Shown: piece after piece, positions 48,678-60,902 of the stretch
How positions within the stretch are numbered: the stretch's first letter is position 1
Layout: each line of letters opens with the position of its first letter
Assembly: GCF_025526975.1 (NCBI RefSeq)
Contig: NW_026515690.1
Location: forward strand, 1 to 64,000
DNA from: Fimicolochytrium jonesii
Taxonomy: Eukaryota
Reading direction: 5' to 3'
DNA length: 64,000 nt
Made by a program: the position numbers and the translations under genes
Notes under the pieces: generated by a model
What the model saw: only the letters and a program-made list of their open reading frames with translations
Told to the model about the DNA's origin: nothing
Database searches by the model: none

Positions 48678-49912
48678 AGCGATGGGGTTGAAATCATGTA
48701 CGTAGGCTAGATAGCGGAGACTCCAGCACAAGTTTAGCCGTATTTTCTGTGTTTTTGTCCTTTTTTTGGTTGTGCTTCCCTTTCGTCGTCGGCCCTTACG
48801 GCCTTCATGTTATCGTCGTGGAACGGACTGGCTCCAGAGGCGACGGAGATCAGCTTTTGCTTGGAATACCCGACCATTTTTTTCATGGCCATTTATTCTT
48901 CTTTGATGTACATCCCTTGACTTTCCCTCGTACATCTTTGGAGTGGTTAGACGAACTCACCTTCAGTGCCTGCCCTGATCAACAATTTTTTTTCGGAGAT
49001 TACCATGACATCACTTCTTTAGGCCTTCTAAGGTAAATCAGTTATAGTGGTTACAACTCCAAGTGAAACTCTGGAGTCTGGGCAAATACAGGATAGCACG
49101 GGCAAAGGTGGAACCTCACAACCGAGCATCCCGAATTTTACTACGATGAATGGAGACCCTGACTCAAGAGCCAGCTAAGGCCAGAGCAGTTGACGGATGT
49201 GACACTTCTTTGGGCTTCCGCGTCAGTCCAGCGAATAGCAGGACCAGGAACCAGAAAATGACAGCCATTTGACGGAGGGCAGATCACGCATCCCTGCGTG
49301 GCTTTTCGCGCCCGCCGACGGCCAACTCGTAAAGTTCTCCCGAGTTCATGGCCGCACACGCACGGTCTCGAAGAAGGCTGAGAAGGTGTGGACGGGCTCA
49401 GGGAGTGTACAATACGTACTGTACAGTACTGTACAGTATGAGAGAACATGATAATAAAGCGAAGGGTATTACCGGGGACCGACAGCCTGTTGAGCAGATT
49501 CCCCAAAGTGAGGCTTGGCCCGCGATTGAAGTTGTGTTCTGCGTGTCGCCCCTCTCGCTTGTCTTGGCCAACTTCCGCCCGCAAGGGACCGCCTAGCCCT
49601 CGTTATTCCTTACGACCAAGGAGGCAACCGCCAGCCGTCTCCTTTATTCTTTTCACGAAGGCACAGCCAGGCGAGATACCGTTCGGCAGGTCAACACCTC
49701 TGGTTCATAAGCTTGCATGCAACCTGTCAGACTCTCCGAAGCGCATTTCACACTTCCGCCTCCAGCCTTCTTCGGAGTGTTCCCCGTTGGGCAACCACTA
49801 CCATCGATATTCAACCATTACATTGCAGACTACCTTATCCCGCACATAGCTTCATTTTTTGAGAGAAGAACAGATAACAACGTCTTGGAAGCACGGAGAC
49901 CGCTGATCTAGT

Positions 49913-52900
49913 ATGAACCCTCCAGCGACTTTCGGGGAAGGTCGGCCCTCGCAGGATTTCAATGGGTATGAACGACCTCTACCCACCTTACCTCAAAACC
50001 AGTACCGGCCTTCACCACCAGGGAGCCCGATGCCGATACACTTTCCTGTTCCACCACCTCATATGCGCTTGCCCAACCCGAACGCCTCAACAAGCAAACC
50101 TCTGGCACCTCACGAAATGATTGCTTTGGCGAACACGAAGAATGCAAAGTCTGGGGGTGGCGGCTGGTTGAAGAAGGTCGTGGTCGGGTTTGGAAAGAAA
50201 GGGAAGCTGCAGGATGCTTTGGGCGGCGGAAGTGATACCGGCTCAAAGCCGACTGGAAACGCCCGAGCCTCGCCTTTGAGCTTGGCAAACTACCAGAACA
50301 TGCCCGCGGCATCGAAACCCAGTACAGATCCACCCCCTCGCTCACGGCAGTCATTAGCATCAGATTTGAACGAGAGGTCTAGTTCGTCTTTGCGACCAAC
50401 GATTGGATCTAGTGAAAGCAGTGGATTGGAGAATGTGCAAGGGGGGTTCCATTTGGCCACCGCCGCGGAGGACGTCCATGCACCTGCCACGTCCAGGGGA
50501 ACCCCATCTTCCAATCCGTCTCATGTTCGGGACATTTCCTCATCTTCTGGCTCGACACCAGCGCTCGCAAAGAATCAGCCTCGGCCGCAGGGTCCGCGGC
50601 CATTAAGCGAAGCCCCTCTCCAGATGGTCGAAGCTGGTCCCCCAACTCGCCCAATTCCTGGAACGGCCAACACTACATCCCAGCACCCACCGCGGCACAC
50701 AGGGCAATCACTGTCAGGAGGAAGCGGAATACCCACGCCAGTCTCAGGCGTTGATGGCGCGCATGTTCTGCAGTCCGGCGGTCCCATACCACCATTCCCT
50801 AGCCCGCCACTGGAGCTTGACGGACGGCAGCCTGCTGGGAGGCGGCATCCCAATTTACCACCCTTTGAATCTTTGAATGTGCAGGACGCAACCGGTGAAA
50901 CTCCACCACGTTCACCAGACTTGCGAAAGGGAGGACTGCCACATCACGTAGATAATCGCCCCCCTTCACGCTTCAGTGACGAATCCGGACGCCGGCTGGT
51001 ATCACGCGCAAGCTTGCCATCGCTTCAGAGCAGAGGAAGTGGATCGACGGGTTACCCGAAAAGCGACGTCTCCTCCTCGTCAGGGCCCGCCGAAGTTTCG
51101 CGAAATAGCGGGACATTTTGGACCGTGAAGCGATCTCCAGGATCCAGTGCTCCGCAATTGGCCGTAAAGGATTCGGACATTCTGTGCCCGAACTCGTTGA
51201 TCAGCGAGTTGGCGCCTTGGGAAGCCTCGGAGATCTCGAAGGAGGAGTCGCTGGAGCACTCCATCCTTCAAGAAGTGTCCAACACGACTGCAGGAGACAC
51301 TGGAGGAGGTGTTGGGGACGTTGGCGATGGCACAAAGAAGGTAGCACGGAACACAGGGAGCCCCCCAATACCGGCGAAGGACCGGGCCCCCGGAGGAGCA
51401 AGTCTTCCTGCAAGTATCCCACCTCGACGAACGGCGCAGCCTTTCGGCACCCCGACGGATAACTCAGTGGGCAGAGAACATGTGTCTCTCGCTGGCCCTC
51501 TAAATTCTGGCCCAAGTACCTACTCTCTCCCCGCCGACCGAGGTATCTCCAATCTCAATCACAAAGGTGACCCGTCGCTCGTCTCGCTCCCCAACATGCA
51601 TACCGGAGGTCAACGAAGGATGAAGTCACCACCTCGCTGGGAAAGTTTGCTGGATGAACAAGCTGGAGAGCCCCTGGCGAATATGACGAGGACAGGCGCG
51701 AGCACAGAGAGAAGAGAGAGTACTGGAACGCCAGCGGAGCAGACGGAAACACTGCTGACTGCGCCAACGCCTGAGGTGCAAAACCGAAACAGCGTTCAAG
51801 CTCCAGAACCGAGGAATTCGCCGGCTGCCCACCAGCCTGCTGCAATTGCCTCACCTGCAACTGTTTCGGATGCTGAGCCAGACTTGAATAGGTCCGGTTC
51901 CGAGATTTCAGAATCTACCGCACCGCACTCCGAGATCGTCATGCAGCAGGTCACCGAACAAGGCCCCGTCACCACCGCTTCCTCCGTCTTGTCCAAGGTC
52001 GGCGCTGCGGCTGGAACCGTCATCGGAGCCGTTGCTGGCGGCGTCGTCGCTGCTACACAGGTTGCCACCGACGTTGCCTCGCTTGCCGTTGGCCGCCCTC
52101 ACGAGCACAATACCCTCCCCGCCGAAGACCGCGGCGAAGAGGAAGCCCACAGCATTCCGCGATCTGACACCGCTGCACAGATATCCAAACCGAAGCCTGA
52201 CATTGTTGCTGGAGATGATGTGGCACTGCCGCCGCGAGGAGACTCGTTGCGACCAGCCCCACTGGAATCATCCTTTCTCTCGTCCTCGTCGATGACGGGA
52301 AGCCCCTCGGAAGCCGCTCCGACAACCTCTGCGATAGAGGATAGCTTGGTTACTGCAGCTTCTGTCACTTCTCCGCAGCTCGGGTACAGCCCAGGGATTC
52401 CACACCGTGATGGCACCTTTGGCCAACAGGTTGGGTCCGCTCAGGCACCGATTGCGGAAGGGCATCTTCTTTCTGTCTCGGCCACACCAAACTTGCTTTC
52501 AGAGTCCCCAGAACTTGAGACTCCCATCTTGAGCCCCACAAGTCCCTTCTCGGCTATCTCCGATGGAACCACAGTCTTCGGTCATGACTCACTACATCGA
52601 GCGGCGGATTCCCTCGGAAGAAGCTCCCTTGCGAGTACCGAAAGTACAGCGGCAACCGACGCTCCATCTAGGGCTGGATTGTTTTCTGACCACGATCAAA
52701 CGCCATCTCCAGTATCGCCTTTTGAGGAGACCTTATCGCCACCGGAGTTTGCTGGAGCCGAAATTTCAACAGATTTGGGCTTCTTGAACCCGACAGGTTC
52801 TACCGGCGCAAACAGCCAAAGCTCGGAGACTCTGGCAGTACCTGCTGTACCGCTTCTTTTCAGGGCCATGGAAACCCCGCAGGCGACACCTCCAACTCCC

Positions 52901-55900
52901 TCCCCTGCGTCTTCGTCACACGAAGACGAACAAGCGCTTCCGGGAGCGGCCGGTTTGAGACCTAGCGCCACTGCACGATTACGGGACCGCGTCAAGAACG
53001 TCATGGCCAAGCATCGTCCATCGTTAGACGGGCAAAGGCCGAGTGCCGCGGATTTGAATGGAGTCAATGGGCCGTCTGTTGCCGCTGCTCCCCGGTCGGC
53101 ACCGATTCTGGGCGTGGATGATACCAAACCTGCCACAGGCCAAACTCTCCGGAATATTGCATCGAATGAATCCATTGGGGACAAGCGACGATCCTGGGGA
53201 CACCCGAAACTAAGCATTGTCACTCAAGGTCTACTTCAACCCTCACTGATCCATCACCAACAAGATCCGCATGTTATTCAGCATGCGCAACCCGACAAGC
53301 GCGCTTCTTATAGAAGCGGGAGCACAGCGTCCATATCCTCCGCGTCATCCACGACAGCCAGACAGTCAGTCCGCCCCGCCGCACCTACCCGCACCGTATC
53401 CCAAGCCCCTAGTCACGGTTCTTCGGACGGACCGTCAGAGACGAATGTATACCCAGCTCGAGGCGCTAGCCTTCAAACGTCCGTGGTACGGCTCCTGCCC
53501 ATTGTCGACACGACCTTACCGTCACCTCCTGTTCACGTGTATAGCGATATGACCGATGCGTACGCAGATGATGGAGACGTTTCACCAGAGACCATGGCGC
53601 CGCGTCGAGTAGTGCAGTCACCCGTGAACGAAGGCGGCGCGGAATCGGAGTTCTTCATTTCACCAACCGGTGGCTCTTACTCATCCGCGCCCGTCGTTCT
53701 GCCTGCTACGCCCATTGAGCCAACCTTCCCAGTCGAGGACTATGCGGCCCAGCCGTCTCCATCCACCAGTGCTGACGGACCCTCCACTCCGCGATCACTC
53801 ACAGCAAGCGTGGAGGCGGTTGAGAACGGAGCCTTCGTACCGAACAGAAGGTCGTTGCAGGTCAATGGAGCTATTCAACATGCGTACCAGAGGGTCTTGA
53901 GGAAGTATGCCAGTTTTTCGATTCCCGCGCATGCCAATCCAAGTCTGGCTTCGATCATAGAACAGAATGAGGCGGAAGCTGCGAAGGACGGCCCCGGCGA
54001 CGAGCAGTGGAGGCCAAGAGATGGCTCGATGAACGGACACTTGATGGTTGAAACTGTCAGTGGTAGAGCTGAGCACTCTTTGAACGGCATGGCCCGCGAG
54101 ACCCACTTTGACGAGGAGCAAGAAGCAACCGAGCAGGACCGCATCAGTGATGGTTCCCTGCATTCGTTTCAAGACTCAATCTCCGGAGATACGATCTCTG
54201 GGTTGGACAGTCCTGCGGAAACAGGAAATGCTGATCGCCGAAGTATCGGAGAAGGAGATTGCTTGCAACATCAGCATATTGGAGCTGAAGCTGAAGAGGA
54301 CCCACTGCCTCCGCGAACAACGTCGCAATTGGCGTTGAACGCGCCGCCCGTCAATGGCCACCACTTTGACGGACCAAGCGAAGTGAACCTTACTGACGCT
54401 AGGGCAAATCGAGGGCCTTACAAGGCGCATTCGTCTATCAACCTCGGGGCTGCGTACAGGGGAGCTCAACAAGAACCCCCGCAACAAGATCTGGACAAAA
54501 ACCGTCACCTGCAACACTCTATTTCTATGCTCGATATGCAAAGTAGCAGCAGCCCACGGGATCTTGACATTCCGATGGACGTCCCTTCTTCGGCTGCTCA
54601 GGCATTCTTTGACAGGTTGGCCCTTTCGAGAAATCAGCAGCAGCAATCACATCAATCTGGTCACGGCAACGCCTCTTCGTCCGGATTCTTGGCGCCGGGA
54701 CCCATGCGCCAACCGCATTCGCCGTCTCCAAGTTCCCCAGCATCTAATCAACGCTGGGAGTTGGAACCTCCTGCCGTATCATCGGATCCGGACGTTACGT
54801 ACGCGGACTCGGATGATGGCCACGGCCAGGATGTGAACTCAAGCCCGCAGATTCCGGACAGGCCCGGGTCGCCGTACTCGTTTGTGTCCGGTGCTTCCAT
54901 CAGGTTGACCAGGAATCATCCCCGGTTTGCGAACCGTCCGGGTGGAGCTGGTTCAGTGACGGCGGGGGGTGTTGGAAGGAAGTCTGTGGAGGCTTTGGCT
55001 AATGCGCGATCAAGGGACAATATGAAAGGCATGAGGCCGTCACCACAGCCTGAGCAGCCGCAGCAGCCGCAGCAACAACAGCAGCAGCAGCAGCAGCGGG
55101 ATAGGCGCGAATCGGCAGCTTCGGGCGCATCGACGACTCCGTCCGCACCATCTGGGGCAGCACCACATGCCCCTTCCTCGTCGACCTCCTCCGTGCAGCT
55201 GCATGGCAAGCAATCCGGCAAGGATGGTTCAACCCAGCAACTTGACCAGGCGTTACCTCCGCGCCGGGACTCCGCGGACGTGAGGGGAGGTCAAATGGCA
55301 CCACCACATGCTTATCACCAGCAACACCGTCAGCTACATCCGGCACACGGCCCAGCGGGATCTCATGCGTCACTACTCTTCGATCCAAGTCTTCATGCTC
55401 CCCATCATCACTACCCAACCTATTACGACCCGCACGTCGTCGGCCCAGACGGTCGAAGCTCGTACCTCGGCCACCCGCACTACCCTTACGGCCCGCACGC
55501 CTCGGCTTACCTTGCGCCAGCTGCTGGACCGCCACCACCGGGCTTATACGCTGGCCAGCCAATGGTACCCACAGGTTACGGTCCTGATGGATATGCCACA
55601 TTCGATTACAACTATACGTATCCGCAAGTAATGCCGCCACCCCAGCCAGGATACCGTGTCCCACAATTGCAGCATCACGCGTCCATGAGCATGATGCGAC
55701 CCGTTGGGACACCACCCTCAGGAATGATGTACGGCCAACACCCACCCTCTTCGCCTCATAGCGTGCATCGCCATTCTGAAGGCTACGATCGTGCTTCAGG
55801 CGCTGCGTTTGCGTGGCCGCCACCGCCGCATCTCATGGCAGGTGGGACGCTGAACCGATCCCCAGGAGGACAGAGGGGCATGGCCCAGCCGGCGCCATTG

Positions 55901-56131
55901 GCAGGCGCAAATGGCCAGTCCGTCGCACAGCCGCACCCAGGGACCGTGATGGCACCGAACGGACTCCGGAACCCGAACGCGATGGAGCTGTCGCCTGCCG
56001 GAACAAAAGCGACCCCGTCAACGCAGAAGCAAGGAAAAGGTGGCCAGTCTCCACCAAACGGGAAGGCGGACGGGGATAAGGACAAGGAGAAGGACAAGAA
56101 GAAGGGTGGCTGGAAGGGCATATTCAGATAG
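49913..56131 (+). CDS. Very large intronless low-complexity (S/P/A/Q-rich) hypothetical protein, 2072 aa
   Basis: 6.2-kb uninterrupted ORF with a polyQ tract near 55050-55097, a P/Y/H-rich segment and a basic C-terminus KKKGGWKGIFR. Confidence 0.8.
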   Translation: MNPPATFGEGRPSQDFNGYERPLPTLPQNQYRPSPPGSPMPIHFPVPPPHMRLPNPNASTSKPLAPHEMIALANTKNAKSGGGGWLKKVVVGFGKKGKLQDALGGGSDTGSKPTGNARASPLSLANYQNMPAASKPSTDPPPRSRQSLASDLNERSSSSLRPTIGSSESSGLENVQGGFHLATAAEDVHAPATSRGTPSSNPSHVRDISSSSGSTPALAKNQPRPQGPRPLSEAPLQMVEAGPPTRPIPGTANTTSQHPPRHTGQSLSGGSGIPTPVSGVDGAHVLQSGGPIPPFPSPPLELDGRQPAGRRHPNLPPFESLNVQDATGETPPRSPDLRKGGLPHHVDNRPPSRFSDESGRRLVSRASLPSLQSRGSGSTGYPKSDVSSSSGPAEVSRNSGTFWTVKRSPGSSAPQLAVKDSDILCPNSLISELAPWEASEISKEESLEHSILQEVSNTTAGDTGGGVGDVGDGTKKVARNTGSPPIPAKDRAPGGASLPASIPPRRTAQPFGTPTDNSVGREHVSLAGPLNSGPSTYSLPADRGISNLNHKGDPSLVSLPNMHTGGQRRMKSPPRWESLLDEQAGEPLANMTRTGASTERRESTGTPAEQTETLLTAPTPEVQNRNSVQAPEPRNSPAAHQPAAIASPATVSDAEPDLNRSGSEISESTAPHSEIVMQQVTEQGPVTTASSVLSKVGAAAGTVIGAVAGGVVAATQVATDVASLAVGRPHEHNTLPAEDRGEEEAHSIPRSDTAAQISKPKPDIVAGDDVALPPRGDSLRPAPLESSFLSSSSMTGSPSEAAPTTSAIEDSLVTAASVTSPQLGYSPGIPHRDGTFGQQVGSAQAPIAEGHLLSVSATPNLLSESPELETPILSPTSPFSAISDGTTVFGHDSLHRAADSLGRSSLASTESTAATDAPSRAGLFSDHDQTPSPVSPFEETLSPPEFAGAEISTDLGFLNPTGSTGANSQSSETLAVPAVPLLFRAMETPQATPPTPSPASSSHEDEQALPGAAGLRPSATARLRDRVKNVMAKHRPSLDGQRPSAADLNGVNGPSVAAAPRSAPILGVDDTKPATGQTLRNIASNESIGDKRRSWGHPKLSIVTQGLLQPSLIHHQQDPHVIQHAQPDKRASYRSGSTASISSASSTTARQSVRPAAPTRTVSQAPSHGSSDGPSETNVYPARGASLQTSVVRLLPIVDTTLPSPPVHVYSDMTDAYADDGDVSPETMAPRRVVQSPVNEGGAESEFFISPTGGSYSSAPVVLPATPIEPTFPVEDYAAQPSPSTSADGPSTPRSLTASVEAVENGAFVPNRRSLQVNGAIQHAYQRVLRKYASFSIPAHANPSLASIIEQNEAEAAKDGPGDEQWRPRDGSMNGHLMVETVSGRAEHSLNGMARETHFDEEQEATEQDRISDGSLHSFQDSISGDTISGLDSPAETGNADRRSIGEGDCLQHQHIGAEAEEDPLPPRTTSQLALNAPPVNGHHFDGPSEVNLTDARANRGPYKAHSSINLGAAYRGAQQEPPQQDLDKNRHLQHSISMLDMQSSSSPRDLDIPMDVPSSAAQAFFDRLALSRNQQQQSHQSGHGNASSSGFLAPGPMRQPHSPSPSSPASNQRWELEPPAVSSDPDVTYADSDDGHGQDVNSSPQIPDRPGSPYSFVSGASIRLTRNHPRFANRPGGAGSVTAGGVGRKSVEALANARSRDNMKGMRPSPQPEQPQQPQQQQQQQQQRDRRESAASGASTTPSAPSGAAPHAPSSSTSSVQLHGKQSGKDGSTQQLDQALPPRRDSADVRGGQMAPPHAYHQQHRQLHPAHGPAGSHASLLFDPSLHAPHHHYPTYYDPHVVGPDGRSSYLGHPHYPYGPHASAYLAPAAGPPPPGLYAGQPMVPTGYGPDGYATFDYNYTYPQVMPPPQPGYRVPQLQHHASMSMMRPVGTPPSGMMYGQHPPSSPHSVHRHSEGYDRASGAAFAWPPPPHLMAGGTLNRSPGGQRGMAQPAPLAGANGQSVAQPHPGTVMAPNGLRNPNAMELSPAGTKATPSTQKQGKGGQSPPNGKADGDKDKEKDKKKGGWKGIFR

Positions 56132-56565
56132 ACTTTTCTTCACTTCAAGTTTTGTTAGCAGCAGCAGCGAGTTGGACTTTTAGAGCGCGGTTCTAACATT
56201 TTTGCTGAACGTTTATTTTTGAGATCGTCGTACATAGAGGATTCAAGGACTGTTGGACAACATTGTAGTTATGGATGGTTTTACATTCGTCTTGTTTTAT
56301 ATATCTCTGTGTCCAGTTTTGTTATTCATTTCTCGAGTGGACTTTTTCCTAGTACAGTATAAGGTGTTGTTCAAGCTCAAGCCACAGGGGACTACGGGGG
56401 ATTTGAAGTGCGAAAACGCGGTCGCCGACAAAGTCGACTAGAGAACAGACCGGGAAGGGGGGAACGCAACACAGCACTCGAGTTCACCTTCCAGCGAAGA
56501 GCAGAGATCACCCCCCTCGTCATCTCAACCTCACACAACCACACCCGCCACCGCCCTCCGAAGCA

Positions 56566-57676
56566 ATGCCTGGACGTGTGATACGATGGCGGGTACGTTT
56601 TGTGACTTGCCGTCGGCTTGTTCGTGGTCATGTCGCTCGATCACAGAGCGTATTCTGCCCAGTGGGTCCCCAATTCCGCCACTGATGTCGTCTTCTACAG
56701 GTTAAGGACCCTTTTGACCCTAACCGGGCGCTTATCCGCATGTCCTGGAACAAATACAACCTCTACGCACTCGCCACACGCAACCGCCCCGAAGACTTGA
56801 CCCGCAAATCAGTGTACCAGCAGAAATGGACCGCCAAGCGAGAATTGCGTGCCTACCACGTCCCGAACATCACAGAGAGGCAGCTGATTCAGCGCCACTG
56901 GTCTGCACGGCTGCCGCTGCAACAGCTGACGCAGGCGGAGAAGGATGCTCTGCCGCCTGTGCAAGCGCTCGCTTTTGCGGAGACTGAGAGGAGACTGGAC
57001 GTGGTGGTGTTTAGGAGTCACTTTGCGAGCAGCATTTGGAATGCGAGGACTGCTGTTGTGCAAGGGCATGTGAAGGTCAATGGGGTACCGGTAAGCTTTT
57101 ACTTCGGTCTGGTCTTTGGAATGGGGCTGCGGCCTTCCGGGACCGTATCTTTCTCACACACTTACGCACCTCCCCCTAAAAAAGTGCGCTTACCCAGCCC
57201 GCCGCCTGGAAGATGGAGATCTTATCACAGTATCCCCACGAGTGATCCCAACCTTGACCGGGCCAGTAAAAGAAACCCGAGAGTTCAAACGGAAGGAGTA
57301 CATGGCACCATGGATGTTCATCCCATCCTACCTCGAGGTCGACTACAACACCTGCTCGACCGTATTCCTCCGCACACCGTTACCACAACCCAACGAAGTC
57401 GAGATCCCATCCCCGTTCCCTCCAGCCTGGCATCAACTAGTCTACGAGTGGTATTCTTCCATCTATAAGAAGAAGGAGAGCATTCGCACGAAGGAAACGC
57501 TGAAGAAGCCCGTCGTGGTGGAAGGGCAGACGGTCAGGTTGAAGAAAAAGTTTGCTCAGCTGAGGAGGAAGGATGACCAGGAGAGGATCGCGGAGAAGAA
57601 GAAGTTGAAGGAGGCGAGGGGATTGAGGGAACGGGAGGGCCAGGAGCAGGAGAGAAGGGAGGCTGCGCCTCTGTAG
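56566..57676 (+). CDS. NAM9: Mitochondrial small-subunit ribosomal protein uS4m (Nam9-like; 3 exons)
   Basis: RMSWNKYNLY, YQQKWTAKRELRAYH...ITERQ, ERRLDVVVFR..FASS...AR..V..G.V.VNG (S4 domain), F..K.YM.P..FIP.YLEV..NTC...LR.P, EIPSPF...YEWY. Confidence 0.92.
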
Positions 57677-58098
57677 TTCATGGGACTGGTAGAATCTTCT
57701 GGGGGTGCACGGGTACATCATAGGATCTAATGTACATAGTACTGCATTTTCTCACCGCACCTTCTTTAAAGAATATTTATAGATCATATGAGGCATTAAA
57801 ATGCACATTGTTGCGAACTTTTGAGTGGCGCTCAATTGGGCACGGGCGCGAACTCTCGTTTCCACCAAATCATGAAGGAAATTTGCGGCAGCCAACGACT
57901 TCAGTTGATCATCAATACGTTGCGATTGCTTAATTTGTCACGGCATGTTGACGAGGCAGGCGCCCGTTTATCAGTGCAAACCATTGCAGGATATCCAAAT
58001 CATGAATCGATACGATTATACGAATTAGATATTATTCCAGCGAAAAAAACGCCCAGAATCGTGATTACATCCGGGCTCAAAAGCCCCTCATCCAAAAG

Positions 58099-60902
58099 TC
58101 AAGCCAATCCATTCAAACTCGAAATGACATCCCACAACTCATCCTCAAATTCCCCTTCCACTGCCCGGTGCCCTTCAATCACTCCACCGCCGCCTTCTCC
58201 ACCCCGTGGGCCACAGTTCCCGCCACTCCCACTCCCCGCAACCTTAGCCACCCGTCTTCTACCAGTTTTCTTCCCCTTCCTTTCAGCTGATTTATCCGAA
58301 TGGTGAGACGTGTCGGTCGAGTTGGCTTCGATGTCGGAGAGGACGTCGACGAGGGATTTAATCATGGAGGTATCGTTAGGGAAGAGGAGGGAGGCGTCGG
58401 GTTGGTTTGCTGGTGCGGATAGGGGGCGGGAGAAAGGGGGTGCGGGCGGATTTGCAGGGTAAGGGACGGGAGGAGAATGTGTTGTCTGCTGCTGGGGGGG
58501 TGGTGGAGGATGGGGCGAGAACTGGGGCGCCTGCTGGGTTGACACTGGCGGCGTTTGGGCTTGGTCGGACTGCATGAATGAAACCGTTGGCTGCGTCCGC
58601 GTCTGGGTCTGATATGCATCAGGTTGGGCGGCTTGTTGTGCTGGTGCTGCGCGTAGATCGGTCCTTTGTGGCGATATCTGCGTCGCCTGTGAAAGGGTCC
58701 GCGGCTGGGGAGGGCATAGCGGACATACTGGCACTGGATGTGTGCTATTGCTTCGTTGGTTGGGAGAACAGAGTGGACAGATGGTTGAAACCTTGGGTGC
58801 TGGTGGGTCTACGTTGGAGCGGATATAGGTGTGAGGGTAATGTGGCCATGATTGAGAGAAGGAGGCTGGCTGCGGTGCGGTGGACTGCGGGTGTGGTATA
58901 GGCGCAAAAGCCGGTGCATTGCGCTGCCCCGACGACCCATGAGGGGCCGCAGGAGGTGCCTGTCGAGGGTTTATGTGTGGCACGGAAGTTGACCGTGGGG
59001 CGTTCATCTGGTGATCAAAAGTCCCCGGCCGCCATCTCTGAGGGGGCGATTCAGGCCGTGGTGGTGGATCCGGCGACCGCGTGGTATATCCGTCAGCACC
59101 CACATTGCTCGAATAACCAGACGCGTAATACGACGTGTCCCGAGAAATCTGCAGGGATTGTGATTGGGACAGCGAGGCATCCTGGGATATTTGCAAGGAT
59201 TGCGAATGGGATATAGAGGATGGTGCCATTGACGTTGAAGAGTCGTTCTGGAGCGGTATGGAGATGCGCACGAATTCGGCTGGGCTCGATGATGTTGACA
59301 GATACGCAGAAGACTGATTGGACGGAATGTCCCGCGCGTGGACGTCCTCACTCAGTCGTGGAGGAGGTGCATAGGTCGTTCTGGATGTGGTGAAGGGTAT
59401 AGGGGACGTTGCCCGATCCGTCACTTTGATGACAACGCGGGTGGGATGGTTATGACTGTGCGTGGGGTGATGGCTCTTCTGATGGGGCATCCTACTCAGT
59501 TCGGGTTCGTTGGATTTGCCCGAGGACCGTCTGTGCGCAGCGGAATCTGCTGCATTATGGCTTTTTGTTTCCGCTGACGGCTCGAAACGCACACTAGAGC
59601 TTGGTGCTGCCTGAGCGCTCAGAAAACGCTCTAACGCCTCCGCCATATCCACTGCAGCTTTCTCCTGTGTCGGGACTTTCTGAGGTTGTGGAATTGGTCG
59701 GGTGTTTTCATTTGCCTCTCTCGTTCTTTCACTCGCTCTATTTCCAGTTAGTGATCGTTCTTTTCGAACCTTCCCATGGGGTCTTGGTGGCTTTGCGTTT
59801 GCGACAGTCGCGATAGAGGGGTGCGGTATCCAGGGTTCGGTTTGTGAATGGGAATTCATACTGGCGTTGCTGGGTCGATCATCGCCCACCGTGATGTTCG
59901 TCTCCACCAAAGAGCACGTTGATAGAGATCCAGAGGAGTTCAGCGGCATAGAGCCCAATCCAGAATCACGTTGCTCAGTATCATGTTCCCTTCTGGCATT
60001 GTGTGCGGAAGTGACATTGAAGCGTTGTACCGGACCTTCTGCAGTCGCCGGGCCTTTGAAGACATGTTGAGTAGCTGTTGTTGCATTTGGTGCTTCAGTA
60101 AGCATCCGAGTGAGTTTCGCAACTTCGCCCTGTTCGCAATGAGAGATACTTCATTAGTTACGATGACGCCGGTCCTCCTCCCAGACATCGACTTTCATGG
60201 ACAACGCACGTGGAGTTTTTGGAGCACTTCCAGCTCCAAATGGGAAGCAGAACGATCCGAGCTCTCCCCACTAGCGCTCGGCTTCTGCAGTCCTATTACT
60301 TCGGCTCTCGTGTGATCGATCTGCACTTCATACTGTCGCAACAATTCCTCCGCCTTCTGCAGCCTCTTCGCTATCGACCTGTTTTTCTTCACAACGTCCA
60401 GCTTCTCAGCCTCTGTTTTTGCCAGTTCGTCTTTGCAAGCATCCAAACCGTCTCGCACTTGCTCTACTTCGTTCTCGAGTTGCGCCTTCTGGTCTTCCGC
60501 GATGGCTAACTGCGTGACAAGCGTAGCGAGCTTTAGACGGTCCTCCTCACAAAGCGCCGACAGCGTGGCACCGCCACGTTGGAGCTGCGGAGGTAGGAAT
60601 ACGCCAGCGCTTGGTTTGCTGTTGTCTGGTTGTTGATACTGTAGCGGCTTTCGTATATGATGTGATCTTGTCGGCTGCGGTGCCTTACGCGTCCGCGCAG
60701 GAGGACCTGGAGGTTGCACTATTTCTTTTGGCGGAGGCTGGAAGAAGGTGTTTGTCGGGAGCTGCTCCCAGTGCGGTGCGGCGACTACTGGATGGCACTC
60801 GCACTGATGTAAAGGCCTGTGGCATCCAGAGAATTTACCCTTCAAAGTAAGTCCGGTGCCTAATGTTCCTCCCCTTTGCTGACGACTCCTCGCGGCCGTC
60901 AT
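58099..60902 (-). CDS. KIAA1328/hinderin-like coiled-coil protein (2 exons)
   Basis: TLSALCEEDRLKLATLVTQLA followed by a coiled coil ending ELLRQYE resembles the conserved KIAA1328 L..LC.ED...A.L...LA segment as I recall it; long disordered tail. Confidence 0.55.

Noticed and set aside
59135..59215. Short internal duplication (SQSLQIS twice) and the CAG tract at about 55050-55097
   Set aside because: Ordinary coding micro-duplications within disordered regions.
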